This document shows, one piece after another, positions 54,401-62,841 of a stretch of DNA of 64,000 nucleotides (its first letter is position 1; each line of letters starts with the position of its first letter). Origin of the DNA: Candidatus Multivoradales bacterium (GTDB lineage Bacteria; Acidobacteriota; Thermoanaerobaculia; Multivoradales; JAHEKO01); NCBI GenBank assembly GCA_965248055.1, contig CBDFIJ010000004.1:3072001-3136000 (forward strand), given 5' to 3'. The position numbers and the translations under genes were made by a program. Under the pieces are notes generated by a model. It was not told the DNA's origin, ran no database searches, and saw nothing but the letters and a program-made list of their open reading frames with translations.

Positions 54401-55182
54401 TGCAGGGTTACGGCGAAAGCCTGATTCCGTTGCGACTCGCGGTCACTCCTTGGGGCCTGTATTCGAGCGATAACCGCTACGCGGACATCAATGGCGACAA
54501 GCGGCCTGAGTTCTCTGTCGGTCGTATCCAGGCAATGACCAACGCCGAAGTGCTGACTTATGTCAACAAACTGGCGGCTTACGAGGCTGGTGTTGGTACC
54601 GGTAGCGCCCTAGTGCTGGCGGACAATCCAGACGATGCTGGAGACTTCCACGCCAACAGTGAAAAGACTGCGGCGAACCTCAGGTCCTACGGAGTGACGG
54701 TCGACAAGCTGTACCATCCGACCGATGCGGTGCGCACCGATCTGTTGAGTGGTTGGGCAGCCGGCGACTGGTCGTTGATTGTCTACGACGGCCACGGTGC
54801 ATCCACCCAGTTGGGTAGTGAGGCCTATCTCAAGTCTAGCGACGTTGCCGGCTTGACCAACGGCTCAGCACTGCCGGTGTTTTCCGCCTGGACCTGTGCT
54901 GCTGGGGACAGCACTAGCCCCGGGATCATGGGTCTGGCAGATAGCTTGGTGCTGTCGTCAGGTGGTGGTGCGATCGCAGCGGTGGCCCCTGCTGGCCTGT
55001 CCTTGGATGCCCCAGCCCAACGGTTGAGTCAGTCGTTTCTCGATTTCTTGGTGGGTCGTGGCGAGACCGTGGGTCAGGCGTTTGTCCGTGCCCACGAGCA
55101 AGGGGAAGCGGAAGGTCTGTATCCCTGGATGCTGGACATCTACTTGGTGTCGGGCGACCCGGCGGTCAACCTGCAGGACTAG
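48484..55182 (+). CDS. Giant secreted lectin/GEVED/C25-peptidase protein copy 3 with variant F-type lectin domain
   Basis: Same architecture; [11 protein letters not shown]-lectin motif. Confidence 0.87.
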   Translation: MNPKAIIKALCMAVVFLAANLFAASAAQAQTNVALNKTITGFSSQVNGTMWAATNINDGVVNLTDRAWASVNQAPNSTGLDEWVSIDLGAAYLLDSLRVTSEIVTGGSRNIKDYNLYGSATGDFAGEETLLSSGTIPPLGDMGTHDVSFTPQAFRYVKLQGTSTYFIGSNIYVIVGELALFGGLDSDGDGVIDDVDIDDDNDGILDTDEGDGAVDTDGDGLADSLDLDADGDGLPDTMEAQAGTITASGNDTDNDGLDDNFEPGGLPATAQDADGDSTPDWRDLNVAQLVIEKVGTARTTGSTTAVAEDDLIDWVLSYDNQSGGTINNVVLGDVLSGDHSVVSSDVPDGWGFTAGEFTADRVAGGGFGLTTPLPAVPAATNINFGSTGGDGYDPILGADDGRIYMTFHHQSSGGVLQCVDPVTGTVCAGYTVLLRPNLISSTKIGQTPENTLFIGNRLYYPYTDPTSSDWGLGCFDVSAYDGVDPLTGNCDKDSNFSGSAWDDGGVSLGGGGVTSDRGAIQGPVLADDGNLYLLDYNMLMHCVQPDGNLCATTGTNMSTGDANLFTISADSLYSGTAIEMELWQNRIYFGVMYHDVTDGGDPNNSSVVIGCFDIATASNCWGTSAIVDDLSGLSIDASTFSNIHIRYDQAGAADAVCILSRAYDSTRNAEGCASLTGVAIANDDATYCAAYPGGTCVRGIPTNLEALFPNVNRTNGSGGEVHHNGRTYFNRFFTDEVYCWDWSAAPGGALCADFGVAGVVTGPTGAETYGVARDEAGCFWVLGDQNNLWNFDVLGNSPCLIAEIFAEDTLTPANAYCSTGPSALTDNGALWEELRLTDIDSDQFIALSADVYDLTGALVTHCDFKADTCSNGFTVVDSGFEETVDLSSLSVAGNNLELSVEFAAQLPLGTDLEALGRSPQFDLTWDYPGTAPPLEMCLVTDPGPTSCPVSGSDFAANSATVQLRGAPNPDDSAGPVSLDIIPSTTAATCVMDYGDAPDSYGSLLASDGARHVIQTGTLARYVRIMKSGNNTGGNWLNMAEVEVLDAGGVNRALASLGATASQSSTASGPLLPSFCNDGNTAGTGTAGNICRTNAPTANEWWEVDLGAVYDIAEINIFNRDDCCQERLSNVYVLAADTAFPGTTNLTDARNNADFEFQLGEVIAANPDRTVTVTGGTAPTLTLGSTVDSESDGQPSVAAVDDGADEDGTVFRTPAETSHTIFGDVTVNNATGGSVTVCAWLDLPSGGSVDGAFDASDGQCQTTSASNPTLTFQWSGLPDDQAYATYARFRVSSSAMTTSQATGAFADGEIEDYLVNFDFRPPTRATVKGLRARLLPAGSLREVAGLASLVEGIADSQLVAVVEWETVMEQGTSGFDLERRGENGSWQKLNNQMLPGLVVSRQGGEYLWVDTEVSEGKVSYRLVEHEVWGTELMHGPWKVDLKAPLPGKGRGQSKSMQPSISQGGSSNGVLEWWAWEKLDRRFAGRGRSAPLPDEEEVAMRLRQRTAKRQSQLKQRAGAAALADRSASTVGNGGNGGRQAGLGAGVGSRDGNNLIKSRPKGSARLVTDGSGWYSAQVADLAAALGEPSAKVSGMLQKGHLGLSMGGDSAPYSYDGGSTIYLVGYPYQNLDTVSNAYQMSYGRGTVMTAAGGGGPSSGVAGTFRDTLVAEQEVWLLPWATREEGGDTWYWDFTYAPYTPETVLSFDLPDAAAAGTADLRIALRGASKNGSAQDHHAWVSVNGQVLPGSVTWDAYGLVTLETSFDQSLLAGGNTVTLTVHAQAGGDATYSLVLVDDVQVSFERKMRAKEGSLWVRNASTGVMTVEGFESADIRVIELSQGTSATERQNLTVSADGLGGWQVSFRGKNGRDYLVVDRARPALVEAEVASSLKNRGLSAEYLIIAPESLAEGAQALKDYRSNRFSTQIVWLQDIYDEFSYGRTDSAAIEAFLASVYAKSPQPPLYVVLLGRGTLDHRDLQGYGESLIPLRLAVTPWGLYSSDNRYADINGDKRPEFSVGRIQAMTNAEVLTYVNKLAAYEAGVGTGSALVLADNPDDAGDFHANSEKTAANLRSYGVTVDKLYHPTDAVRTDLLSGWAAGDWSLIVYDGHGASTQLGSEAYLKSSDVAGLTNGSALPVFSAWTCAAGDSTSPGIMGLADSLVLSSGGGAIAAVAPAGLSLDAPAQRLSQSFLDFLVGRGETVGQAFVRAHEQGEAEGLYPWMLDIYLVSGDPAVNLQD

Positions 55183-55309
55183 TTGTTATTAAGAAGGGGA
55201 CACAATACCCCCTAATCAGAAAGCTCAATTCCGAATCAAAGAATCGCGGATCGGTGGAAACGGGTTTGGGATCAAAAATGGGGTTTGTGTCCCCGTCTTG
55301 TCGGTACCA

Positions 55310-55776
55310 ACGTCATCCCCGTAGGGAGGGGGTTTCGGGGGGTCGGGGATCTTTGTCAATGCCAGAGACGCTCGGTACGGGACTGCAATTGCCACTAGAT
55401 CCCGGCCCCGCGCCCTCGCACCCGCCGGGATGACGAGGGAATGGGTCCTGCCGGGGTGACGGAGCGGATCCCGGCTAGCGTCTCCTCAACCTGCGGGCGG
55501 GGATCAACCCCGCCCCTGCGGAGAGGGCGGTCGCCATCACATTCTTTGTACCCCGTCGCGATTATTGGCCGTAGGGAGCCGGCAATCCCATTTCTTGGTA
55601 GGGAGGGGTTTACCCCCTCCCACGGCTCATTCCGAAATTGTCGCCTTGAAACCTGCCCCCCACATCGTCATCCCCGAAGGTTGGGGGTCTTTGGGGGTCG
55701 GGGATCTTTCAAGCGTAGGGGCATGCGTGCTGCCCTGAGATCCCGGCCCCCCGTCGGCCCACCCGCCGGGATGACG
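55310..55776. repeat. Cluster of GTCATCCC and GTAG palindromic REP-like elements
   Basis: Two GTCATCCCC...GGGGATC / GATCCCGG...CGGGATGAC pairs and GTAGGGAGGGGTTTACCCCCTCC. Confidence 0.75.
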
Positions 55777-55866
55777 AAAGAAAAGACGAGGCGCCTTTTG
55801 TTGGTTTGGAGTTGACCCGTTTTAGTGGACACTAAGAATAGGATCATTGGATCTAAGGAGGTGTTC

Positions 55867-56163
55867 ATGTCAGTAGTTCGTCGTCGATTTAGCAAAGAGT
55901 TCAAACGAGAAGCAGTACATCAGGCTCTGGAAAGCGATCTGCCGATGTCGTCAGTGGCTCGAGATCTAGGCATCCGGCCGAATCTTCTGGGTAGGTGGAA
56001 GCAGCAGTACTTGGATGACCCAGACCAAGCGTTTCCCGGCGAGGGGCGTTTAAAGCCAGAGGAAGAGGAGTTACGTCGTCTTCGCCGCGAGCTGGCGATG
56101 ATGAGAGAGGAACACGCGATCCTAAAAAAAGCGGTGGCGATCTTCTCGGATCGACGACGATGA
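55867..56163 (+). CDS. IS3 transposase OrfA
   Basis: Paralog of 20353-20649. Confidence 0.92.
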   Translation: MSVVRRRFSKEFKREAVHQALESDLPMSSVARDLGIRPNLLGRWKQQYLDDPDQAFPGEGRLKPEEEELRRLRRELAMMREEHAILKKAVAIFSDRRR

Positions 56164-57059
56164 GATTCGATTTCATTCGCCGTCATCGGCGCGAGTATTC
56201 TGTACTCGTCATGTGTCGTGTGCTGGAGGTGTCACGCAGCGGCTATTACGCTTGGGTGCGTCGCCCAGAGTGCCGACGTGGCCGAGAAGATCGCCGACTT
56301 CTGACTCAGATTCGTATGATTCACTCCGAGAGTCGGCGGACGTATGGGAGCCCTAGAATCCATGGTGAGTTGCGAGACCAGGGGTTTTGCCACAGCCGCA
56401 AGCGTGTGACTCGGTTAATGCACAATCACGGCATTCGCTCAATACGGGCCAAGCAGTTTCGGGTAACGACGCAGTCGAAACATAAGCATCCGGTGGCTGC
56501 GAATGTATTGGACCGCCGTTTCGAGGTCGAAGATCCCAATCATGTGTGGTTGAGCGATATAACCTACATTCCCACCACTGAAGGCTGGCTGTACTTGGCA
56601 GCGATCATGGACCTTGGGTCCCGGCGTATTGTTGGTTTTTCGACCAGTACTCGTCTGACTCAGGATTTGACTCTACGGGCCCTGGAGAGCGCTCTCTATG
56701 AGCGCCGGCCAGATCCTGGCAGGCTCCTGCACCACTCTGATCGCGGTAGTCAGTACGCAGCGTCTGACTATCGCAAGAAACTCGAAGATGCCCGCATCAC
56801 GGTGAGTATGAGCCGTAAAGGCAACTGCTGGGACAACGCACCGATGGAGAGCTTCTTTGCCAGCTTGAAGACCGAGCGGGTGCATCATGTGCGCTATACC
56901 AGTCGTCGACAAGCTCAAAGAGACCTCTTCGATTACATCGAAATTTTCTACAACCGCAAGCGACGCCACTCAAGCCTCGGAGGCTTGAGTCCTGTCGCCT
57001 ATGAAGACCGACTCGCTGCTTTGGCAACGGTCGCTAACCAAACCGCTCTCGCTCAATGA
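56160..57059 (+). CDS. IS3 transposase OrfB
   Basis: Paralog of 20646-21545, DDE motifs intact. Confidence 0.95.
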   Translation: MRFDFIRRHRREYSVLVMCRVLEVSRSGYYAWVRRPECRRGREDRRLLTQIRMIHSESRRTYGSPRIHGELRDQGFCHSRKRVTRLMHNHGIRSIRAKQFRVTTQSKHKHPVAANVLDRRFEVEDPNHVWLSDITYIPTTEGWLYLAAIMDLGSRRIVGFSTSTRLTQDLTLRALESALYERRPDPGRLLHHSDRGSQYAASDYRKKLEDARITVSMSRKGNCWDNAPMESFFASLKTERVHHVRYTSRRQAQRDLFDYIEIFYNRKRRHSSLGGLSPVAYEDRLAALATVANQTALAQ

Positions 57060-57166
57060 GAGCTAAACTATGTGTCCACCAAAACGGGGCAGCTTCAGTT
57101 GTAGCTTTGGCCGGTCTCCGCAACCTTCGGGCGGGGATCAACCCCGCCCCTTGTATGTTTGTGGAG

Positions 57167-57345
57167 ATGAGTCTCTTCGGCAGGGAAGCTGTCCCGCCCC
57201 TTAGGCCCTGAGCCTGTACGTAGATCAGCTCCCTGCCTTACCTCTCGAACGCCGGAGAGAATCTGAGGCCCTAGAGCCTGCATTCACAAGGTCGGTGCGA
57301 GAGTTACCCAAGGTCAGGGAGCCGAAGGGACAGTGTAACCGAAAG
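57167..57345 (+). ncRNA. IS110 bridge RNA (boundaries approximate)
   Basis: Target guides CCCGCCCCT (57193) and CGTAG (57219); donor guides AGAGAATCT (57256) and ACAAG (57286), each pair inside a closing stem. Confidence 0.85.
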
Positions 57346-57354
57346 GAGAAAACG

Positions 57355-58359
57355 ATGAAGAAGCCACTGCCCTGCGGAATCGAAGTCAGCGCCAAGTCCT
57401 TTGAGCTATGTCTCAAGCTTGCCTCAGGCAAGCTTGAGAGGCGACAGTTTGCAAATACTGCGTCCGGTATTCGCCAGCTGGCCGCTTGGCTCAAGAGACA
57501 AGAACGGCCCGTTCAAGCGGTCCTGGAAGCCACCGGAGTGTACGGTCAAGATCTGACCTTCACTCTGTGCAAAACCACAGGTGTTGAGGTCATGGTTGCC
57601 AACCCTCGTGCTGCTCGCCGTTTCGCTGAAGCTTTGATGAAAAGAGCCAAGACCGACCGCATCGACGCGGAAATGCTTTGTCAGTTTGCTCAACGCATGC
57701 CGTTTGAAGAGTTCCAGCCACCTGGTGACCAAGAACTGGCCCTAAGGTCCATCACCCGCCGCATCCTGGCATTGACTCAACAACGAACAGAGGAGAAGAA
57801 CCGACTCCATGCTGCATCTGCCTCTAGAACGATTCCGGCAGCTGTAAGCCAAAGTCTTAATCGCCAAATCGTTGTACTGAATCGGGAAATCGATCGGCTC
57901 GACAAACAGGCACTCAAACTCATCAACAACCAGACCAAACTCAAGATACGTTATCAATTCCTGCTGAGTATCCCGGGAATCGGACCCAAGAGCGCATCTC
58001 GGATTCTTGCCGAACTCGCAGTGCTGCCCAAAGAGCTCACCCCTAGGCAATGGGTCGCTCATGCCGGACTCGATCCGAAACCGGTCGAATCCGGCTCCTC
58101 TGTCAACAAACCACGAAGAATCTCCAAGACCGGAAACTCACGCCTTAGACAGGCTCTCTACATGCCCGCTCTCTCGGCTGCGAGGGCCAATCCTCACTGT
58201 CGAAGTTTCTATCTCAGTCTCCAACAACGAGGACTAAAACCCATGCAAGCGATTGTCGCCATCATGAGAAAACTACTCCACGCCATTCATGGAATCTGGA
58301 CACACGCCACTGACTTTGACGCTACAAAGCTCTTCCCAAATGTCGTTATTAACCATTGA
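57355..58359 (+). CDS. IS110 DEDD-type recombinase
   Basis: GIEVS, LEATGVY, AKTDRIDA, SIPGIG, ESGSS, SKTGNSRLRQALY; AAGGAG RBS. Confidence 0.93.
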   Translation: MKKPLPCGIEVSAKSFELCLKLASGKLERRQFANTASGIRQLAAWLKRQERPVQAVLEATGVYGQDLTFTLCKTTGVEVMVANPRAARRFAEALMKRAKTDRIDAEMLCQFAQRMPFEEFQPPGDQELALRSITRRILALTQQRTEEKNRLHAASASRTIPAAVSQSLNRQIVVLNREIDRLDKQALKLINNQTKLKIRYQFLLSIPGIGPKSASRILAELAVLPKELTPRQWVAHAGLDPKPVESGSSVNKPRRISKTGNSRLRQALYMPALSAARANPHCRSFYLSLQQRGLKPMQAIVAIMRKLLHAIHGIWTHATDFDATKLFPNVVINH

Positions 58360-58529
58360 CCCCGAACAGAGAATCTACGGAGCGAGCGGTCGCTGTTACA
58401 TTTCTTGTAGGGGAGGGGTTTAGCCCCTCCCGGTTCTCTTGCAAGGTGGCACGAGTGTTCGGGCCGACGAATCACCAGCCAACAACACCAAGGACAAGCC
58501 GTTACAATTCGTAGCAGAGGGAAAGAACT

Positions 58530-59267
58530 ATGGAGTGGCTGAGCAACCCGGAAACTTGGATCGCATTGGCAACTTTGACCGCGGTCGAAATTGTTCTCGG
58601 AATTGACAATATTGTTTTCATCGCGGTGCTGGCGGGGCGCCTGCCACCGGAGCAACAGGGACGCGCTCGCACCCTTGGGCTCGCTGCTGCGATGCTCACT
58701 CGTATCCTGCTCTTGCTGTCGATTACTTGGGTGATGGGCTTGACCAAGCCGTTGTTTGAGGTGCTTGATTTTACCTTCTCCGGTCGCGATCTGATCTTGA
58801 TCGGCGGTGGGTTGTTTCTGTTGGGCAAGAGCACTCTGGAGATTCATCACAGTCTAGAAGGTGTGGATGGGGAAGTGCATACTAGAGTCGTGGCGTCCTT
58901 TGCGGGAGTGATCTTTCAGATCATGATCCTAGATATTGTTTTCTCCCTAGACTCGGTGATCACTGCGGTCGGTTTGGCGGACCAAGTTGGGGTGATGGTG
59001 GCAGCTATTGTGATCGCGGTGGCAGTGATGATGCTGTCCGCCGGGACCATTTCCAAGTTCATTGACGAACACCCGTCTTTGAAGATCTTGGCTCTATCAT
59101 TTCTCTTGTTGATCGGCATGAGCCTGGTCGCTGAAGGCTGGGAGTTCCATATCCCCAAGGGATACATCTACTTCGCGATGGCGTTTTCAATCTTTGTCGA
59201 GATTCTCAACTTGCGTCTGCGTCGCGGCCGGGCTGTCAAGCTGCACAAGCAGTTTGAAGACAAGTGA
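58530..59267 (+). CDS. TerC family membrane protein
   Basis: EIVLGIDNIVFI, LDIVFSLDSVITAVG, PKGYIYFAMAFS. Confidence 0.93.
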   Translation: MEWLSNPETWIALATLTAVEIVLGIDNIVFIAVLAGRLPPEQQGRARTLGLAAAMLTRILLLLSITWVMGLTKPLFEVLDFTFSGRDLILIGGGLFLLGKSTLEIHHSLEGVDGEVHTRVVASFAGVIFQIMILDIVFSLDSVITAVGLADQVGVMVAAIVIAVAVMMLSAGTISKFIDEHPSLKILALSFLLLIGMSLVAEGWEFHIPKGYIYFAMAFSIFVEILNLRLRRGRAVKLHKQFEDK

Positions 59268-59299
59268 CTGGGTGACCTCACCCTCCCTTGGTGTCACTT

Positions 59300-59665
59300 G
59301 GTAGGAGCGGGGTTTACCTCGCCCGCGGTTTTCGATCTACATCATCAGGAGAGACAAAAGGCCGGGCTGGTACCGCCGGTCTCTGGCGCTGATGAAGATC
59401 CCCGACCCCCAGAACCCCCAACCTTCGGGGATGACATTGGTGCTTTGTGACCTTGTTGCTGAGTTGCTGATCTGCCGACTGGCGCTGCCTCTTGTAGGGG
59501 TGGGGTTTATCCCCACCCGCGGGAGCCCATAAAGGGCTCCCCTACGGAGAGGTGTGTCTTTGAGCCCGTCATCCCGGCGAGGCGTTTCAACCTCGTCATC
59601 CCGGCGGGTGTTAGAGCCTGCCCCGGCGCAAGGGGGGTGAGGGCCCGGCGCGGGGGGCCGGGATC
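59300..59665. repeat. Cluster of GTAG and GTCATCCC REP-like palindromes
   Basis: GTAGGGGTGGGGTTTATCCCCACCC...GGGCTCCCCTAC; GATCCCCG...CGGGGATGAC; GTCATCCCGGCG x2. Confidence 0.75.
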
Positions 59666-59689
59666 CGTCTCCTCATGAGATCGGAAAAC

Positions 59690-59716
59690 AAAAAAGGAGC
59701 CCCGTGCGGGGCTCCT
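59690..59716 (-). terminator. Rho-independent terminator of PDZ gene
   Basis: A-tract then GGAGCCCCG-tg-CGGGGCTCC. Confidence 0.8.
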
Positions 59717-59734
59717 GAAGGAGAGTTTGTTTAC

Positions 59735-60670
59735 TTACTCCATGGCTGGGCAGTCAGCCACCTCGCCATTGACTTTGCACGAGCAGTTACTGCGGTCTTC
59801 GCTTTCGCAGCGAACTTCGACTTGACACTCTTCCAAACCTTCGCATAACTCGTCGGTATCGAAATCGTGAACTGCCATGGCGTGGACTCCTGGAGCGCCT
59901 GGAGTGTGAGGCATACCCTTCATCTTGCGAATCTCGATGCGTTTGTTGGCATGCGGTGCTCCCATCATGTGCATCTTGCCGATCGGCAATTTTTTGGTCT
60001 CGAGGGTTGCCTCAACTACGGTCTCACGACCGTCGCGCAGCACTCCCAGACGGACCGCGTCGCCGCCTTCTTTGCCGTGGATGGCACCGACCAGGCCGTG
60101 TCCGGCGAGGGGTTCGCCATCGACCGAAGTGACGATGTCACCGACCGCCAAACCGGCGCGGGCCGCGGGGCTGTCCTCCATGACCTTCGAGACCAGTACC
60201 GCATGGTCTGCGGCGGCACCGAAGTGTTCGGCGAGTTCTTCGGTCAAAGATAGAAACTGCACACCCAGGTAGGCGCGCGGTCCGTGGGCGAAGCCAAAGG
60301 AATGCCCTTCATCGTTCGACCACGCCATCGGCGCGTTGTGCTCGCCGGAGCCGCTCTTGTAGACAAAGACTTGGTGATTTTCGCAGTCTTCTCCCTGACA
60401 TGGGTGCAGCATGTCGCCGTTCATCACTTTTTCGATGATCACATCGACGTCACATTCTTGGCCCTGGCAATCTTCATTGACCCAAGCCAAGGGTGCTTCC
60501 CGGTCGTGGACAAAGACGTGTTTTTGTTCGTCGCAATCTCCGTCTTCGCACTTGATAATGATTTTCTTGACCGTTTTGCGCTCGGTCTTGGGCGCATCGT
60601 CGCCCGCCTGGGCGCTGCTGACCGCAAGTCCGAGGGAGAGGATTGCGGCGAGGATGGTTGTTGGTCGCAT
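59735..60670 (-). CDS. Secreted PDZ-domain protein
   Basis: Signal peptide; RAYLGV...VSKVMEDSPAARAGLAVGDIVTSVDG; flanking Cys-rich segments. Confidence 0.85.
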   Translation of the reverse strand: MRPTTILAAILSLGLAVSSAQAGDDAPKTERKTVKKIIIKCEDGDCDEQKHVFVHDREAPLAWVNEDCQGQECDVDVIIEKVMNGDMLHPCQGEDCENHQVFVYKSGSGEHNAPMAWSNDEGHSFGFAHGPRAYLGVQFLSLTEELAEHFGAAADHAVLVSKVMEDSPAARAGLAVGDIVTSVDGEPLAGHGLVGAIHGKEGGDAVRLGVLRDGRETVVEATLETKKLPIGKMHMMGAPHANKRIEIRKMKGMPHTPGAPGVHAMAVHDFDTDELCEGLEECQVEVRCESEDRSNCSCKVNGEVADCPAME

Positions 60671-60881
60671 TGGGGCGATTCTCCTATTTTGGATTGGATT
60701 GTTTTTGCAGATTTGCAGGTTGTTTCATCGGTTTGGGTACTCGGCGGTATTGCCGCCGTTCGATCAGTACAACGACCCGAGCTGAGAAAAGGTTCCGACA
60801 ATCGGATTTGCTCCGGAAACTGGGCAATTGGGCGAATCTCGGTTTGGTAACTGCGTGGATCGCTCATATCATCGGTGCCTC

Positions 60882-61880
60882 ATGAGTGACTCGCCCCAAG
60901 CCCTGCCTCTGGTTGTTCTCGCTGGTAGCGACGAGGAGCCGGCGGCGCTTCCCGAGGGCGCTGACAAACACGCGATCCACGGCAAGAAGGGGCTTGAGGT
61001 GCAGGTGGAAGGCCGAGCGCTGATCGACCACGTTTTGGAACGGATGCAGGCGTCTGGCCACTTTGGCCCAACTTATGTTGGAGGGCCGCGGTCGGTCTAC
61101 GGGGAGAACCGCGGAAGCGCTGAGGTGATCGATACCGATCGGAGTCTGGGCGAGAATCTGCAAACCGTGATTGAGGCGATGATCGAGCGGCATCCTAGTC
61201 AGCCGGTTGCCTTCACCACCTACGACATCATTCCCGACCTAGACGAGTTGGATACCTTGATGGAGGACTATCGGGAACATGTGCCGATGGACTTTTGGTA
61301 TCCGTTGGTTCTGGCGCGCGAAGAAGATCTGGGGGAGTCGGCGTGGAAGCCCAAGTATCGCTTGAGACCGGAGGTTGGCGAGCCAGCGCGAGTGGTGTTG
61401 CCTTGCCATCTGATCGTAATGCAGCCTGGGGTTTTCCGTTTGGGACTGGTCTACAAGGTTCTGGATCTGTTGTATCGGAGCAGGAATCGACCTGTTCTCT
61501 ATCGCTTGGCATACGGCCTCAGCAGGATGGCTGGTTATTTTGTTTCTCGCGATTTTCGCCACCTGATGGCGTTGCGACCGCCGGTGGTTACCTTGCCGAT
61601 CATGTTCCAGGGCACCCGATTGGCACTGCGTTTGCGCAGGGGGGCGATGACCACCCAGGAACTTGCCGATCGGATTCGGGCAATCCTGGTGCGCTGGCGT
61701 CACCGCAAGGATAATCCCGATCGGCGGGGCCGAATTCCGTTGGTTGACGCCTTGTCCTTTGCCAAAGACATTGACACCTTTGAAGAGGCGGAAGAGCAGC
61801 GCAAGTTATTTCGACTGCACCGCACCAAGGCTGCCACTGCCAAGTTTCGTTCCCGTTTCCGCCAGTCCCCGCCTTCTTGA
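60882..61880 (+). CDS. MobA-like NTP-transferase-fold protein
   Basis: VVLAGS...K..V.GRALIDHV and C-terminal KDIDTFEE. Confidence 0.55.
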   Translation: MSDSPQALPLVVLAGSDEEPAALPEGADKHAIHGKKGLEVQVEGRALIDHVLERMQASGHFGPTYVGGPRSVYGENRGSAEVIDTDRSLGENLQTVIEAMIERHPSQPVAFTTYDIIPDLDELDTLMEDYREHVPMDFWYPLVLAREEDLGESAWKPKYRLRPEVGEPARVVLPCHLIVMQPGVFRLGLVYKVLDLLYRSRNRPVLYRLAYGLSRMAGYFVSRDFRHLMALRPPVVTLPIMFQGTRLALRLRRGAMTTQELADRIRAILVRWRHRKDNPDRRGRIPLVDALSFAKDIDTFEEAEEQRKLFRLHRTKAATAKFRSRFRQSPPS

Positions 61881-61899
61881 GATCCATTCTCTTCGCTTA

Positions 61900-62135
61900 A
61901 GAGATCCCCGACCCCCCGACCCCCCGAACCCCCGACCCCCCGACCCCCCGACCCCCAGAACCCCAGAACCCCCGACCCCCAGAACCCCAGAACCCCCGAC
62001 CCCCAGAACCCCAGAACCCCCGACCCCCAGAACCCCAGAACCCCCAGAACCCCAGACCCCCCGACCCCCAGAACCCCAGAACCCCCAACCCCCAGAACCC
62101 CAGAACCCCAGAACCCCCTCCCTTCGGGGATGACG
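61900..62135. repeat. 8-bp-period CCCCAGAA/CCCCCCGA expansion inside a GATCCCCG...CGGGGATGAC element
   Basis: Unexpanded form at 59396-59435. Confidence 0.88.
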
Positions 62136-62427
62136 ATGTTGGGTAATTCCGGCTACCGGCCTGCCGTCCGGGCGCTGTCTCTTGTAGGGGCGGGGTTTAC
62201 CCCGGCCCGTGGCCTTTTCGGTCTACATCAGAAGAGGTGAGAAGGCCGGGCGTTCAAAAAGGACGCCCCTACGAAGAGGGCGCGTGATTTTGTGCAGCGC
62301 AGCACCGCCGTTGTCATCCGTAGGGGTGGGGTTTATCCCAGCCCGGGTCATAGATCTAGATCGGATAAGGCAAAAGGCTGGCCGCCCGTAAAGGACGCCC
62401 CTACGAAGGAGGGATTACGCCAGCTTG

Positions 62428-62760
62428 GTCATCCCGGCGGGGGAGAGGGAGAAGAGAAGACGTCCTGCAAGAGAATGTCATCCCGGCGAGGGAGAGGGAG
62501 AAGAGAAGACGTCCTGCAAGAGAATGTCATCCCGGCGGGGGAGAGGGAGAAGAGAAGACGTCCTGCAAGAGAATGTCATCCCGGCGAGGGAGAGGGAGAA
62601 GAGAAGACGTCCTGCAAGAGAATGTCATCCCGGCGGGGGAGAGGGAGAAGAGAAGACGTCCTGCAAGAGAATGTCATCCCGGCGAGGGAGAGGGAGAAGA
62701 GAAGACGTCCTGCAAGCGAATGTCATCCCGGCGGGTGTGAGGGAGGGGGGCCGGGATCTG
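62428..62760. repeat. 6 x 49-bp tandem array ending in a GTCATCCCGGCG...CCGGGATC element
   Basis: Unit GTCATCCCGGCG(G/A)GGGAGAGGGAGAAGAGAAGACGTCCTGCAAGAGAAT with alternating G/A. Confidence 0.9.
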
Positions 62761-62841
62761 TTACGTGATTGGAAAAGGTCTCCTCTCCCCACCCAACCCC
62801 CTCCGGGGATGACATTCGTGCTGCGTGATGTTGTTAACGGA

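Larger units (their letters stand above)
55807..57097 (+). mobile_element. IS3 family insertion sequence, copy 2
   Basis: Same IRs as copy 1; 3-bp target duplication GTT. Confidence 0.95.
57150..58376 (+). mobile_element. IS110 family element, IS621-like, inserted in a GTAG REP with a CT core
   Basis: CT at 57150-57151 and 58375-58376; empty site GGGCGGGGATCAACCCCGCCC-CT-ACGGAG; no terminal IRs. Confidence 0.92.

Noticed and set aside
33155-55182. Triplication as a pure assembly artefact
   Set aside because: Copies carry distinct in-frame substitutions, indels and unique upstream spacers; long-read confirmation is still advisable
20293-57097. Composite transposon bounded by the two IS3 copies
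   Set aside because: Each copy has its own target duplication (CTC, GTT) and they differ at many sites, indicating independent insertions
61663-62133. Pro-rich ORF and its GFWGSGG antisense ORF
   Set aside because: Products of the 8-bp-period expansion inside a REP-like element
62428-62760. 49-bp array as CRISPR or as coding sequence
   Set aside because: No variable spacers; the overlapping ORFs are just translations of the repeat
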